From assembly GCA_032718475.1 (NCBI GenBank), contig JAUCBJ010009100.1, forward strand, positions 62,001 to 126,000: a DNA stretch of 64,000 bases, in the 5' to 3' direction. Under the pieces are notes generated by a model. That model was not told the DNA's origin and ran no database searches. It was given only the letters and a program-made list of their open reading frames with translations. Positions 62,363-64,000 of the stretch are shown here, piece by piece (position 1 is the first letter of the stretch; each line of letters starts with the position of its first letter). The position numbers and the translations under genes are program-made. Origin of the DNA: Nemertoderma westbladi. Taxonomy: Eukaryota > Animalia > Xenacoelomorpha.

Positions 62363-63591
62363 TCGACTATTGATCATTTTGTTGTCAGTGAATCACTATT
62401 TAATTGCAATTTCAATGCAGATGTTTTGCATTTAGGTAATAATTTGTCCAACCATAGCCCAATATATTTTAAAGTTGAAGTAGATGATTTAGACTACACA
62501 GTACAAGATGAAGTCAGACCTAATAGGTCTAACTATAACTATAGTAAAGCATCAGATGACCAGAAACATAAATTTCAGCGTAGACTTGATGACAGGTTAA
62601 ATGGTTTAACAGTGCCAGCTTGTGTCGTTGGTTGTAGTAATGCTTTTTGTTCATCTGTTGAGCATATAATGTTAATTGAGCAATATATGTTAAATGTGCT
62701 TGATTCTATCGAGATAGTGGCCGAGTGTTTACCTCAGAGCGGAGGATTGGTCAATAGCGATGCTACACAGGGAGAAATTATGCCTGGGTGGAATATTCAT
62801 GTAAAATAATATAAAACAGATGCAACTTTTTATCATGGACTCTGGGTCTCGGCGGGGAGGCCAAATGCCTCACAGGGCAATTTGTTTCATCTACGCCAAC
62901 GCTCACGTGCTCAATATAAATATGCGGTGCGCAGGTTGAAGAAAATGACGGATAAAATAAAAAGGGAGAAACTTTTAGAGGCTGCTATCTCTGGTAATTC
63001 TAGAATTGTTGACGAGATTCGTAATTTATGTGGGTGCAGTAATGTACAAAGTAGTGCTGTAGACGGTGAAACCGAGGCTCAGCATATAGCCGATAATTTT
63101 TCTCGGATTTACAAAGAATTGTATAATCAAAGTAGTGAGGTTGAATATGACAGTTTGCTTAATGATCTGTATAATATTATTCGTGATAATGATTTGATAA
63201 CTAGTATGGCAGTAACTGTTGACGATGTTAAGGATGCAATGCAAAGGCTAAAAAGTTCAAAAAGTGACGTATTTTATAGTTTCGATTCGGATTCATTAAT
63301 TAATGGTGGCGATGTGTTCTTCGAACATATAGCAAAGTTATTTAATATATTTTTAACTCATGGTGTGATACCTAAATGTTTATTGTCTATTGCGTTAATT
63401 CCAATTATAAAGAATAAGTTGGGAAATATTGCGTCTTCCAGTAATTATCGTGCAATTGCTGTAGCGTCACTGGTTTTAAAGATATTCGAGTTAGTTATAT
63501 TAACTACACAGGGTAGTAAGTTAGATTTGCATGACTTGCAATTTGGGTATCAGCCGCTGTCCAGCACTGTATTATGCTCTTGGACAGCGAC
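62363..63591 (+). pseudogene. Degenerate CR1/L2-group LINE ORF2 (end of endonuclease to start of RT), interrupted by BEL copy 2
   Basis: IDHFVVS..LSNHSPI, PGWN, W..AGRP, YKYAVR, NYRAIAV, QFGY. In-frame stop at 62807-9. Confidence 0.85.
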
Positions 63592-64000
63592 TTTGGGTAT
63601 CAGCCGCTGTCCAGCACTGTATTATGCTTTTGGACAGCGACTTTGGGTATCAGCCGCTGTCCAGCACTGTATTATGCTTTTGGACAGCGACTTTGGGTAT
63701 CAGCCGCTGTCCAGCACTGTATTATGCTCTTGGACAGCGACTTTGGGTATCAGCCGCTGTCCAGCACTGTATTATGCTCTTGGACAGCGACTTTGGGTAT
63801 CAGCCGCTGTCCAGCACTGTATTATGCTCTTGGACAGCGACTTTGGGTATCAGCCGCTGTCCAGCACTGTATTATGCTCTTGGACAGCGACTTTGGGTAT
63901 CAGCCGCTGTCCAGCACTGTATTATGCTCTTGGACAGCGACTTTGGGTATCAGCCGCTGTCCAGCACTGTATTATGCTCTTGGACAGCGACTTTGGGTAT
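63542..64000 (+). repeat. 50-bp minisatellite, at least 9 copies, running off the window
   Basis: (TTTGGGTATCAGCCGCTGTCCAGCACTGTATTATGCTCTTGGACAGCGAC)n. Confidence 0.98.

Noticed and set aside
63542-64000. CRISPR-like palindromic repeat
   Set aside because: No spacers. It is a pure tandem repeat derived from LINE RT coding sequence.

Overview
This is a eukaryotic (probably invertebrate) heterochromatin-like window made almost entirely of repeats, with no recognisable host gene. A 22-bp satellite (GAGTTAGATATAGTAAATCTAT) fills about 4.6-15.2 kb on + and about 35.2-45.8 kb in the opposite orientation, and several transposons sit inside it. Two closely related BEL/Pao LTR retrotransposons face each other (15169-29778 +, 45814-62362 -). 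Besides a lesioned gag-pol, each carries a conserved 63-aa uORF, an extra ~866-aa ORF in the env position (WRN/EXD/Mut-7-like DEDDy 3'-5' exonuclease fold plus zinc knuckles), and long LTRs holding an array of 9-10 structured RNA modules (k-turn/UUCG hairpins and loop-E/GAAA hairpins). The loop-E module recurs as exact 24-27-nt copies inside gag and inside the exonuclease ORF. The LTR types are swapped between the two elements, which together with the flipped satellite and a split LINE points to an inversion by ectopic recombination. Also present: an apparently intact CR1/L2-group LINE, two decayed LINEs, a CMC-type MITE, a Helentron-like insert, poly(A) retro-inserts, a tRNA-like relic, a Gypsy 3' end and a 50-bp minisatellite growing out of a LINE RT. 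All calls are by eye, without database searches or folding software.
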